Source: Pristiophorus japonicus (Eukaryota). From it: a stretch of DNA of 64,000 nt. The stretch's first letter is position 1. Each line of letters begins with the position of its first letter. Below, piece after piece: positions 49,993-62,911 of the stretch. The translations under genes and the position numbers were made by a program. Below the pieces are notes generated by a model that was not told the DNA's origin, ran no database searches, and saw nothing but the letters and a program-made list of their open reading frames with translations. The DNA lies in assembly GCF_044704955.1 (NCBI RefSeq), contig NC_091986.1, positions 187,922,001-187,986,000 of the forward strand, read 5' to 3'.

Positions 49993-50344
49993 CACAGAGC
50001 TTATCACGTTGGCCTCTGCTACTTTATGCTGAATTGAGTGGACAGTTTTGTGCCGTGGGCGGCGTCCACTAAGAGCTGAGTTGAGACTGCCACAGCTGAT
50101 CTCGCTTAGGATCCAGGCACGTAGTGGAGAAACTTTCGCACATAAAGTTCAGCACAGCAAGAAAAGGCCATTCAGTCTGGTTCAGATTGGAACTGAGTCC
50201 TAGAGAACTCCTCATTTATAAAGGAAATAGAATCATGGCCGAAGATCCAACAGCTGTGGCAATGGAGTAGACTGAAGAGCCCACTTCAAATCCTGGTGAC
50301 AAGGTCAGGAACATGGTCATGTTGGGCCACCTGTGGATGCCGAT

Positions 50345-51410
50345 GTAGCTGCAGAGATAATGGATGCATTGGTTGTGATCTTCCAAAATTCCCGAGATTC
50401 TAGAACGGTCCCAGTGGATTGGAAGGTAGCAAATGTAACCCTGCTATTCAAAAAAGGAGGGAAAGAGAAAACAGGGAATTACAGGCCAGTTAGCCTGACA
50501 TCACTCGTCGGGAAAATACTGGAATCCATTGTTAAGGAAATGGTAACACGGCACTTAGAATATCATAATATGATTAGGCAGAGTCAACATGGTTTTATGA
50601 AAGGGAAATTGTGTTTAACAAATTTATTTTGAGTTTTTTGAGGGTGTAACTAGCAGGGTAGATAAAGGGGAACTAGCGGATGTAGCATATTTGGATTTCC
50701 AAAAGGCATTCGATAACGTGCCACATAAAAGGTTGCTACACAAGATTAGAGCTCATGAGGTTGGGGTAATATATTAGTATGGATAGAGGATTGGTTAAGG
50801 AACAGAAAACAGAGAGTAGGGATAAATAGGTCATATTCTGGTTGGCAGGCTGTAATATAAGAACATAAGAATTAGGAACAGGAGTAGGCCATTCGGTCCC
50901 TCGAGCCTGCTCCGCCAATGAGATCATGGCTGATCTTCTACCTCAACTCCACCATCTTGCATTATCTCCATATCCCTTGATTTCCTTAATATCCATGTCT
51001 CCAGATTAGTAACTAGTGGGGTGCCACAAGGATCAGTGCTTGAGCCTCAGCTACTTACAATCTATATTAATGATTAGATGAAGGAACCGACTGCAATGTA
51101 TCCAAGTTTGCTGACAATACAAAGCTAGGTGGGAAAGTAAGCTGTGAGGAGGACACAAACCCTGCAAAGGGATATAGACAGGTTAAGCGAGTGGGCAATA
51201 AGGTGGCAGATGGAGTATAATGTGGAGAAATGTGAGGTTATTCTCTTTAGTAGGAAGAATAGAAAAATAGAATATTTTTAAAAGGTGAGAAACTATTAAA
51301 TGTTGGTGTTCAGAGAGATTTAGGTGACCTCGTACAGGAAACACAAAGTTAACATGCAGGTACAGCAAGCAATTCGGAAGGCAAATGGCATTTATTGCAA
51401 GGGTGTTGGG
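50345..51410 (+). mobile_element. CR1 RT fragment with an antisense CR1 tail inserted (about 50857-50995)
   Basis: NYRPVSLTSLVGK...QSQHGFMKGK; inserted ataagaacataagaattaggaacaggagtaggcc. Confidence 0.88.
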
Positions 51411-51411
51411 G

Positions 51412-51786
51412 ATTTTCTTCATTCATTCACAGGATGTGAGGGTTGCTAGCAAGGCCATCATCCCTAATTGCCATGAGAAGCTGGTGGTGCCGTCTTCTTA
51501 AATACTGAATGGCTTTCAGAAGGCAGTTAAGAGTCAACATATAGGCCAGACTGGGTAAGGGCAGCAGATTTTCTTTCCTAAAGGATGTTAGTGAACCAGA
51601 TGGTTTTTTTATGGCTATCCGGTAATTACACGGGCACCATTACTGATACTAGCTTTTTATTCCAGATTTATTTAATTGAATTTAAATTACACAGTTGCTA
51701 TGGTGGGATTTGAACTCATGTCTCCAGATCATTAGTCCAATCCTCTGGATTACTAGTCCAGTAACATAATCACTATGCTACCATAC
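51412..51786 (-). mobile_element. tRNA-headed SINE related to the 25765 LINE, with intact head
   Basis: Minus strand atggtagcatagtgattatgttactggactagtaatccagaggattggactaatgatctggagacatgagttcaaatcccacc...; tail ggcaattagggatgatggccttgctagc. Confidence 0.82.
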
Positions 51787-51794
51787 AGATCACA

Positions 51795-54147
51795 TGGATG
51801 AACTACAACAATTGTACATGCCTGTCTGGCGTAAAAATAAAACGTGGCTCAACCATGGCTAACAAGGAAAATTAGGGATAGTGTTAAATCCAAGGAAGAG
51901 GCATATAAATTGGCCAGAAAAAGCAGAAAACCTGAGGACTGGGAGAAATTTAGAATTCAGCAGAGGAGGACTAGGGGTTTAATTCGGAGGGGGAAAATAG
52001 AATATGAGAGTAAGCTTGCAGGGAACATAAAAACTGACTGCAAAAGTTTCTATAGATATGTGAAGAGAAAAAGATTAGTGAAGACTAACGTAGGGAATTA
52101 TAGACCGGTTAGCCTGACATCGGCAGTGGGGAAAATGCTGGAATCAATTATTACAGATGTAGTAGCAGCACATTTGGAAAGCAGTGACAGAATCAGTCCA
52201 AGTCAGCATGGATTACGAAAGGGAAATCATGCTTGACAAATCTTCTAGAATTTTTTGAGGATGTAACCATCAGAGTGGATAAGGGAGAACCAGTGGATGT
52301 GGTGGATTTGGACTTTCAAAAGGCTTTTGACAAGGTCCCACACAAGAAATTAGTGTGCAAAATTAAGGCGATGAATCAGGTGAATTCATCATGGAGAACA
52401 AGGAAATGGCAGACCAATTGAACAAATACTTTGGTTCTGTCTTCACTAAAGAAGACACAAATAACCTCCCGAAAATACTAGGGGACCAAGGGTCTAGCGA
52501 GAAGGAGGAACTGAGGGAACTGAGGGAAATCCTTATTAGTCAGAAAATGGTGTTAGGGAAATTGATGGGATTGAAGGCCGATAAATCCCCAGGGCCTGAT
52601 AGTCTGCATCCCAGAGTACTTAACGAAGTGGCCTGAGAAATAGTAGATGCATTGGTGATCATTTTCCAACATTCCATGGACTCTGGATCAGTTCCTATGG
52701 ATTGGAGGGTAGCTAATGTAACCCCACTTTTTAAAAAAGGAGAGAGAGAGAAAACAGGGAATTATAGACCGGTTAGCCTGACATCGGAAGTGGGGAAAAT
52801 GCTGGAATCAATTATTAAAGATGTAATAGCAACGCATTTGGAAAGCAGTGACAGGATCGGTCCAAGTCAGCATGGATTATGAAAGGGAAATCATGCTTGA
52901 CAAATCTTCTAGAATTTTTTGAGGATGTAACTAGCAGAGTGGATAAGGGAGAACCAGTGGATGTGGTGTATTTGGACTTTCAAAAGGCTTTTGACAAGGT
53001 CCCACACAAGAAATTGGTGTGCAAAATTAAGGCACGTGGTATTGGCGGTAATGTATTGACGTGAATAGAGAACTGATTGGCAGACAGAAAGTAAATAGTG
53101 GGAATAAACGGGTCCTTTTCAGAATGGCAGGCAGTGACTTGTGGGGTACCGCAAGGTTCAGTGCTGGGACCCCAGCTATTTACAATATAGATTAATGATT
53201 TAGATGAAGGAATTGAATATAATATCTCCAAGTTTGCAGATGACACTAAGCTGCGTGGCAGTGTGAGCTGTGAGGAGGATGCTAAGAGGCTGCAGGGTGA
53301 CTTGCACAGGTTAAGTGAGTGGGCAAATGCATGGCAGATGCAGTATAATGTGGATAAATGTGAGGTTATCCACTTTGGTGGCAAAAACAAGAAGGCAGAT
53401 TATTATCTGAATGGTGACAGATTAGTACAAGGGAAGGTGCAACGAGACCTGGGTGTCATGGTACATCAGTTATTGAAGGTAGGCATGCAGGTACAGCAGG
53501 CAGTAAAGAAAGCAAATGGCACGTTGGCCTTCATAGTGAGAGGATTTGAGTATAGGAGCAGGGAGGTCTTACTGTAGTTGTACAGGGCCTTGAGTATTGT
53601 GTGCAGTTTTGGTCTCCCAATCTGAGGAAGGACATTCTTGCTATTGAGGGAGTGCAGCGAAGGTTCATCAAGCTGATTCCCGGGATGACAGGACTGACAT
53701 ATTAATAAAAACTGGATCGACTAGGCTTATATTCACTGGAATTTAGAAGAATGAGAGGGGATCTCATAGAAACATATACAATTCTGACGGGATTGGACAG
53801 ATTAGATGCAGGAAGAATGTTGCCGTTGTTGGGGAAGTCCAGAACCAGGGGTCACAGTCTTAAGGATAAGGGGTAAGCCATCTAGGACCGAGATGCGAAG
53901 AAACTTTTTCACCCAGAGAATTGTGAACCTGTGGAATTCTCTACCATAGAAAGTTGTTGAGTCCAGTTCGTTGGATATATTCAAATGAGAGTTAGATGTG
54001 GTGCTTACGGCTAAAGGGATCAAGGGATATGGGGAGAAAGCAGGAAAGGGGTACTGAGGTGAATGATCAGCCATGATCTTATTGAATGGTGGTGCAGGCT
54101 CGAAGGGCCGAATGGCCTGCTCCTGCACCTATTTTCTATGTTTCTAT
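51795..54147 (+). mobile_element. CR1 LINE, 5'-truncated, with an internal displaced duplication
   Basis: QPWLTRKIR...; KSPGPD; YLDFQKAFDKV occurs twice; tail ttctatgtttctat. Confidence 0.92.
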
Positions 54148-54159
54148 ACCGGATAAGTG

Positions 54160-55281
54160 TAAGAGTAAGGAAGTACCCGATATAGTACAAGAGTAAGGGG
54201 AGCCCGAAATTGCCCCGTCCCTTAAGGCCTGTTACCGGCAGAATTTAGTGGCCACACTGCGGAGTGCAATGGCCACCACTTTGAAAATTCCACTCCGGTG
54301 GTATCCCGATGGTGACCTGCACCGTCGCCTCCCCCCCCCCAACCCCCCCACCCCACTATTGCTCCACTGCTGCCGATCCGTCCTAAGTGCGTCATCACAG
54401 CGTGCACCGCCAATGGGCCTCCCCGATGGTAAAATTCCATTGAAAGAATCATGCTCCCGCCGCGCGGTGCAGAGGGCAGTTTTCTCTGCCGGTGCACTGA
54501 GCTTTGAGTCTGCAAACTTCCGCTTACCGCCACACTTCCGTCCCCGTAATGGCCGACTCCCGGTCCGCTGAAAAAAAGCCAAAGAGCAGAATTTCGCTCA
54601 AGAGGCCACCACATCAACCGCGCCAGTAAAAAAACAGAAACGGGAGGTGTGCCCCGTTTCCAGTGATGGGCAATTTCGGCCCCTGGAAGTCATACAACAA
54701 TTGTACAGGGCTTTGGTGAAACCACATCTGGAGTACTGTGCACAGTTTTGGTCTCCTTATCTGAGGAAGGACAGACATGCCTTAGAGGCGGTGCAACAAA
54801 GGATCATTAGATTGATCCCTGGGATGAGAGGATGGTCCTATGAGGAGAGATTGAGTAGATTTGGCCTATATTCTGGAATTTAGAAGAACAAGAGGTGATC
54901 TCATTGAAACATCTAAGATTCTGACGGGGATTGACAGGGTAGATGCGGAGAGGTTGTTTCCCCTGGCTGGAGAGTCGAGAGCTAGCGGGCATAGTCTCAG
55001 GATAAAGAGTCGGCCATTTAAAACTGAGATGAGGAGGAATTTCTTTACTCAGAGGGTTGTGAATCTTTGGAATTCTCTATCCCAAAAGACTATGGACGCT
55101 GAGTCATTAAGTATATTCAAGGCTGAGACAGATAGCTTTTTGGACTCTAGGGGAATCAAGCAAATTGAGATCGCGTGGGAAGGTGGAGTTGAGATCGATG
55201 ATCAGTCATGATCTTATTGAATGGTAGAGTAGGCTCGAAGGGCCATATGGCTAACTCCTGCTCCTACTTCTTCTGTTCTTA
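54160..55281 (+). mobile_element. CR1 3' fragment split by a MITE
   Basis: LYRALVKPHLEYCAQFWSP; RRTRGDLIET; tail ttcttctgttcttat. Confidence 0.88.
54200..54683. mobile_element. Harbinger-like MITE
   Basis: TIRs gagcccgaaattgccc / gggcaatttcggcccc; flanks GGG/TGG inside the CR1 gagtaaggaagtc site. Confidence 0.78.
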
Positions 55282-55529
55282 TTGCGTACCCAATCACATC
55301 ACTAGGTGGAACCAGTGGCTCATTCAGGGCCCGAAGAAAAATGACATTTTCAACTCTTAAGGGAGCAAAAATTGATTTTTATTAATATAATTGACCCACT
55401 CCCAGCATGGCCAGGCACTTTTATAAAAGCTTCACAGAACTCATGCCATATTTCAGCTGGTGAGTGATCCGTAGCCTTATAAGGACGCACTTGGCAAAAT
55501 TCTGCGGGATCCCAGTAACTGCACCAAAC

Positions 55530-57074
55530 CATGGGGAATAAGGAAATGGCAGAAATGTTCAACAAATATTTTGTATCTGTTTTCACAGTAGAAGACGCAA
55601 AAAGCACCCCTAAAATGATGGGGAACCAAGAGTCTAATGAGGTTGAGGAACTTAATGTAATTAATATAAGTAGAGAAACAGTACTGGAGAAACTAATGGG
55701 ACTAAAAGCCGACAACTCCCCTGGACCCGAAAGCCTACATTCTAGGGTTCTAAAAGAGATGGCTGCAGAGATAGTGGATGCATTGGTTTTGATCTTTCAA
55801 AATTCCCGAGATTATCGAATAGTCCCAGCGGATTCGAAGTTAGGAAATGTAACACCACTATTCAAGAAAGGAGGGAAAGAGAAAATAAAGAACTACAGGC
55901 CAGTTAGCCTGATATCAGTCTTTGGGAAAATGCTGGAATCCATTGTTAAGGAAGTGATATCAGGCCACTTAGATTAGGCAGAGTCAACATAGTTTTATGA
56001 AAGAGAAAACATGTTTGACAAATTTATCAGAACTTTTTGATGATGTAACTAGTAGTATCGAATAAAAGGGAACCAGTGGATGTAGTATATTTGGGTTTCC
56101 AAAAGGCATTTGATAAGGTGCCTTATTACACAAGATAAGAGCTCATGGGATTGGAGGTAATGTATTAGCATGGATAGAGGATTGATTAATGGACAGAAAA
56201 CAGAGAGTAGGGATAAACGGGTCTTTTTCAGGTTGGCAAGCTGTAACTAGTGGAGTGCCGCAAGGATCAGTGCTGGGGCCTCAGCTATTTATAATCTATA
56301 TTAATGACCGAGATGAAGGGACCGAGTGTAATGTACCCAGTAAGCTGTGAGGAGAACACAAAGCGTCTGCAAAGGGATATAGATAGACCAAGTGAGTGGG
56401 CAGTAAAGTGGCAGATGGAGTATAATGTAGGGAAATGTGAAGTTATTCACTTTGGTAGGAAGAATAGAAAAACTGAATATTTTTTAAATGATGAGAAACT
56501 TTTAAATGTTGGTGTCCAGAGAGATTTGGGTGTCCTTGTACAATAAACACAGAAAGCGAGCATGCAGGTAAGCGAACAATAAGGAAGGCAAATGGTATGT
56601 TGTCCTTTATTGCAAGGGGGTTGGAGTATAAGAGTAAGGAAGTCTTGCTACAATTGTACCAGGCCTTGGTGAGACCACACCTGAAGTACTGTGCACAGTT
56701 TTGGTCTCCTTATCGAAGGAAAAATATACTTGTCTTGGAGGCGGTGCAACGGAGGGTCACTAGATTGATTCCTGGGATGAGAGGACGGTCTTATGAGGAG
56801 AGATTGTGTAGAATGGGCCTATACTCTCTGGAGTTTGGAAGAATGAGAGGTGGTCTCACTGAAACATACAAGATTCTAAAGGGGATTGACAGGGTAGATC
56901 CTGAGAGGTTGTTTCCCCTGGCTGGAAAGTCTAGAATTAGGGGGCATAGTCTCGGGATAAGGAGTAGGTCATTTAAGACTGAGGTGAGCAGGAATTTCTT
57001 CACTCAGAGGGTTGTGAATCTTTGGAATTCTCGGCCCCGGAGGGCTATGGATGCTGAGTCTCGAAATATATTCA
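55530..57074 (+). mobile_element. CR1 LINE fragment, 3' end cut off by the RTE
   Basis: NKEMAEMFNKYF...NSPGPE...NYRPVSL; LYQALVRPHLKYCAQFWSP. Confidence 0.9.
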
Positions 57075-58138
57075 CTCGACTACGGAGGCGAAGACAACTC
57101 GAGGGATCGCGGCGGACACGTGGTGCGTGTAATGGTGGTGGACACTGGCTCTCCTCCTGAGACCCATCGAGAAACAAAGATGGAGCTAAAAAACATGAAC
57201 GGGGCCCCAGTGTTTGCCCTCAGCCGGGGATTAGTCCCTGGGAGAGTGAAGCATTGCCTCAAGTCCCTCATCCTCACCCTCCACACCTCGGACTTCCCAC
57301 CATCTAGGCTCATACAGCAGAGCCTGACCTCCAGTCATCTTGGACCCCCTTGCCACTGGGCCAAGACCTCGCTCTGCTAAGCCCGTGTGGTAGCCAGTGT
57401 GCAATGGCCACCCCACGTTAAAATAATTCACGCGCAGGCATCTTCCACCCTTCAAAATCAAGTTCGGGACCTGGAACCTCAGGACCCTCATGGACAACGT
57501 CAACAGCGACAGCCCGGAACGCCGCACCGCCATAGTTGCCCGGGAACACAGACGCTTCGACGTCGACATTGCCACCCTAAGTGAGACCCGGCGGGTAGGG
57601 GAAGGCCAGCTCAAGGTGGTTACACCTTCTTCTGGAAAGGAAAACCAGAGGAAGAACGTCACCTCCTCCGGAGTTGGTTTCACCATTAAGAATGAGCTGG
57701 TGGGTCGTCTCAGAGACTCCTCCTGCGGGATTAGCGAACGTCTCATGACTCTCCGGCTCACCCTAACCTGGAACCAGTGCGCCACAGTCGTCAGCGTGTA
57801 TGCCTCAAAACTCGACGCTACAGATGAGACAAAAGAGGAATTCTACTCCAGCCTCGAACAGTCCCCACGGACAACAAGCTGATCCTCTTTGGCGATGTCA
57901 ACGCTAGTGTCGGTAAGGACACAGACATCTGGGGAGACGTGATGAGCAGTGGGTTGGGAAAACCAACTCCAGAGGTATCCTGCTCCTGACAAAATGCCTA
58001 GAACATGACCTTGTCATCACCAACACCTTGTTCCGTCAGAGGGACAAGTACAAGGCATCGTGGCAACACCCTCACTCCCAGCACTGGCATCTGCTCAACT
58101 ATGTCATCGTCCGAGCGAGGGACCGCAAGGACATGTGC

Positions 58139-61100
58139 ATCATCATCATCATAAGCAGTCCCTCGGAATCGAGGAAGACTTGCTTCCACTATTAAAGTGA
58201 GTCCTTAGGTGGCTGAACGGTCCAATACGAGAACCACAATCCCTGTCACAGGTGGGACAGACAGTCGTTGAGGGAAAGGGTGGGTGAGGCTGGTTTGCCG
58301 CACGCTCTTTCCGCTGCCTACACTTGATTTCTGCATGCTCTCGGCGATGAGACTCGAGGTGCTCAGCGCCCTCACCGATGCACTTCCTCCACTTAGGGCG
58401 GTCTTTGGCCAGGGACTCCCAGGTGTCAGTGGAGATGTTGCACTTTATCAAGGAGGCTTTGAGGGTGTCCTTGTAACGTTTCCTCTGCCTGCCTTTGGCT
58501 CGTTTGCCATGAAGGAGTTCCGAGTGGAGTGCTTGTTTTGGGAGTCTCGTGTCTGGCATGCGGACAGTGTGGCCTGCCCAGCGGAGCTGATCAAGTGTGG
58601 TCAGTGCTTCAATGCTGGGGATGTTGGCCTGGTTAAGGACGCTAATGTTGGTGTGTCTGTCCTCCCAGAGGATTTTGCGGAGACATTGTTGGTGGTATGT
58701 CTCCAGCGACTTGAGATGTCGACTGTACATGGTCCATGTCTCTGCGCCATAGAGGAGGGCAGGTATTACTACAGCCCTGTAGACCATGAGCTTGGTGGCA
58801 GATTTGAACATAAGAACATAAGAATTAGGAACAGGAGTAGGCCATCTAGCCCCTCGAGGCTGCTCCGCCATTCAACAAGATCATGGCTGATCTGGCCGTG
58901 GACTCAGCTCCACTTATCCGCCCGCTCCCCATAACCCTTAATTCCCTTATTGGTTAAAAATCTATCTATCTGTGATTTGAATACATTCAATGAGCTAGCC
59001 TCAACTGCTTCCTTGGGCAGAGAATTCCACAGATTCACAACCCTCTGGGTGAAGAAATTCCTTCTCAACTCGGTTTTAAATTGGCTCCCCCGTATTTTGA
59101 GGCTGTGCCCCCTAGTTCTAGTCTCCCCGACCAGTGGAACCAACCTCTCTGCCTCTATCTTGTCTATCCCTTTCATTATTTTAAATGTTTCTATAAGATC
59201 ACCCCTCATCTTTTTGAACTCCAATGAGTAAAGACCCAGTCTACTCAATCTATCATCATAAGGTAACCCCCTCATCTCCGGAATCAACCCCCTCCAAAGC
59301 TAGTATATCCTTCCTTAAGTAAGGTGACCAAAACTGCACGCAGTACTCCAGGTGCGGCCTCACCAATACCCTGTACAGTTGCAGGAGGACCTCCCTGCTT
59401 TTGTACTCCATCCCTCTCGCAATGAAGGCCAACATTCCATTCGCCTTCCTGATTACCTGCTGCACCTGCAAACTAACTTTTTGGGATTCATGCACAAGGA
59501 CCCCCAGGTCCCTCTGCACCGCAGCATGTTGTAATTTCTCCCCATTCAAATAATATTCCCTTCTACTATTTTTTTTCCAAGGTGGATGACATCACATTTT
59601 CCGACATTGTATTCCATCTGCCAAACCTTAGCCCATTCGCTTAACCTATCTAAATCTCTTTGCAGCCTCTCTGTATCCTCTACACAACCCGCTTTCCCAC
59701 TAATCTTTGTGTCATCTGCAAATTTTGTTACACTACACTCTGCCCCCTCTTCCAGGTCATCTATGTATATTGTAAACAGTTGTGGTCCCAGCATCAATCC
59801 CTGTGGCACACCACTAACCACCGATTTCCAACCCAAAAAGGACCCATTTATCCTGACTCTCTGCTTTCTGTTAGCCAGCCAATTCTCGATCCATGCTAAT
59901 ACATTTCCTCTGACTCCGCGTACCTTTATCTTCTGCAGTAACCTTTTGTGTGGCACCTTATCGAATGCCTTTTGGAAATCTAAATACACCACATCCATCG
60001 GTACACCTCTATCCACCATGCTCGTTATATCCTGAAAGAATTCCAGTAAATTAGTTAAACATGATTTCCCTTTCATGAATCCATGTTGCGTCTGCTTGAT
60101 TGCACTATTCCTATCTAGAAGTCCCGCTATTTCTTCCTTAATGATAGCTTCAAGCATTTTCCCCACAACAGATGTTAAACTAACCGGCCTATAGTTACCT
60201 GCCTTTTGTCTGCCCCCCTTTTTAAACAGAGGTGCTACATTAGCTGCTTTCCAATCCGCTGGTACCTCCCCAGAGTCCAGAGAGTTTTGGTAGATTATAA
60301 CGAATGCATCTGCTATAACTTCCGCCATCTCTTTTAATACCCTGGGATACATTTCATCAGGACCAGGGGACTTGTCTACCTTGAGTCCCATTAGTCTGTC
60401 CAGCACTACCCCACTAGTGATAGTGATTATCTCAAGGTCCTCCCTTCCCACATTCCCATGACCAGCAATTTTTTGCATGGTTTTTGTGTCTTCCACTGTG
60501 AAGACCGAAGCAAAATAATTGTTTAAGGTCTCAGCCATTTCCACATTTCACATTACTAAATCCCCCTTCTTATCTTCTAAACGACCAACATTTACTTGAG
60601 TCACTCTTTTCCGTTTTATATATAAGTAAAAGCTTTTACTATCTGTTTTTATCTTTTGCGCAAGTTTACTTTCGTAAGCTATCTTTCCTTTCTTTATTGC
60701 TTTCTTAGTCATTTTTTGGTGTCGTTTAAAATGTTGTCAATCTTCTAGTTTCCCACTAACCTTGACCACCTTATACGCATTGGTTTTTAATTTGATACTC
60801 TCCTTTATTTCCTCGGTTATCCACGGCTGGTTATCCCTTCTCTTAACGCCCTTCTTTTTCACTGAAATATATTTTTCTTGAGCACTATGAAAGAGCTCCT
60901 TAAAAGTCCTCCACTGTTCCTCAATTGTGCCACCGTTTAGTCTGTGTTCCCAGTCTACTTTAGCCAACTCTGCCCTCATCCCACTGTAGTCCCCTTTGTT
61001 TAAGCATAGTACGCTCGTTTGAGACACTACTTCCTCACCCTCAATCGGTATTACAAATTCAACCATACTGTGATCACTCATTCCGAGAGGATCTTTTACT

Positions 61101-61566
61101 AGGAGATCGTTTACTATTCCTGTCTCATTACACAGGACCAGATCTAAGATAGCTTGCTCCCTTGTAGGTTCTGTAACATACTGTTCTAAGAAACAATCCC
61201 GTATGCATTCTATGCTCAAGGCTACCCCGTGCGATTTGATTTGACCAATCGATATGTAGGTTAAAATCCCCCATGATTACTGCCGTTCCTTTTTCACATG
61301 CCTCCATTATTCCCTTGATTATTGTCCGCCCCACCGTGAAGTTATTATTTGGGGGCCTGGTCTTCGAACACTCTGTTCCTCAGGCGGCCGAAGGCTGCAC
61401 TGGCACACTGGAGGCGGTGTTGAATCTCATCGTCAATGTCTGCTCTTGTTGATAAGAGGTTCCCGAGGTATGGGAAATGGTCCACATTGTCCTGGGCCGC
61501 ACCGTGGATCTTGATGACTGGGGGGGCAGTGCTGTGCGGCGAGGACAGGCTGGTGGAGGACCTTTG
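58139..61566 (-). mobile_element. 5'-truncated RTE inserted antisense into the RTE, split by CR1
   Basis: (cat)n tail at 58139; ORF 58149-58806(-) KLMVYRAVVIPALLYGAETW...; continues at 61356-61566 (DHFPYLGN region). Confidence 0.9.
58807..61358 (-). mobile_element. CR1 LINE (EN plus RT remnant), the longest CR1 here
   Basis: IMGDFN, EPTREQAILDLV, SDHSMV; 332-aa ORF 59546-60544 with RT motifs; tail aacataagaacataagaa. Confidence 0.94.
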
Positions 61567-62699
61567 TCACCCGCGCCATGACAGGAGCTGACGACTGCTG
61601 GACGGACCACTGCCTAATTCACTCCGTCATCAACATCAACATTGCCCCAAAAGAGCGACGGCAACAGAAACAATGCCACAGGAAAATCGACACTAAGGCA
61701 CTCAAAGTCCTAATTAAGAAAGCCCTATACAGCCAGCGCCTCACTGCCAACCAGGCGACCCTTGATGACCCTGAGATGCAGAGTGCCCACAGTGTCTACT
61801 GTGCCCTCCAGGTCTCCATAACCAGTGCCTGGAAAGAGACGCTCGGTCACTCAACCAGGAAACACCAAGACTGGTTTGACAAGAATGACCAGGAGATCCA
61901 GGAGCTAATAAGTCGCAAGCACAAGGCATTTCAGAATCTAAAGCAGCAACCCAATTCGGGAGCAGCAAAGCAGCTCTACAAGCGGCTGAAGGCTGAGGTC
62001 CAACAAAAACCCGCAACCTAAAGAATAGATAGTGGGTGGAGAAAGCACAGGAGATCCAGCAACTGGCCGACAACCATGACGTGCGAGGGTTCTTCAGCAC
62101 AGTCAAGACCACCCATGGCCCAAGCACCCAAGGCCCCACCCCACTGCTGACCAAGAATGGAGAGGCACTCATTAAGGACACCGAGGCAGTCAGTGCCCGC
62201 TGGAAGAAATATTTCAAAGATCTCCTTAACCGAGACTCTGTCTTCGACACGAGTGTCCTCGACTCCATCCCGCAGCAGGCTACTTGCCACCCTCTCAGCA
62301 AAACCCCAGCTCTGCACGAGATAGAAAAGGCCATCCGTCAGCTCAAGAATAACAAGGCAACAGAAGTAGATGGAATCGCACTGAGGCACTAAAATTTGGC
62401 AGTGAATCACTATTGGCATGAATGCATGAGCTCATCTTTCTTATCTGGAAGGAGGAGAGCATACCCGGAGATATCAGAGATGCCGTAATCGTGGCCATCT
62501 TCAAAAAAGGGCACAAGTCCGACTGCAGTAACTACAGAGGAATCTGCCTGCTGTCGGCAATTGGGAAGGTCATCGCAAGAATCCTCTTCAATCGTCTTCT
62601 TCCTGTGGATGAAGAACTTCTCCCAGAGTCGCAATGCGGATTCCGCCAATTAAGGGGTACAATGGACATGATCTTCACCACACAGCAACTACAAGAGAA

Positions 62700-62911
62700 C
62701 TAACCAGAGAGCTGTGGAGACTGGGTCATTGAATATATTTTAAGGTGGAGATAGACAGATTTTTGAGTGGTAAGGGAATAAAGGGTTATGTGGACCATGC
62801 AGGGAAGTGGAGCTGAGTCCATGATCAGATCAACCATGATATTATTAAATGGCGGAACAGGCTCGAGGGGCCAGGTAGACTTCTCCTGTTCCTATTTCTT
62901 ATGTTCTTATG
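62700..62911 (+). mobile_element. CR1 3' tail fragment inside the RTE, replacing part of the RT region
   Basis: ccagagagctgtggag...atttcttatgttcttatgt. Confidence 0.85.
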
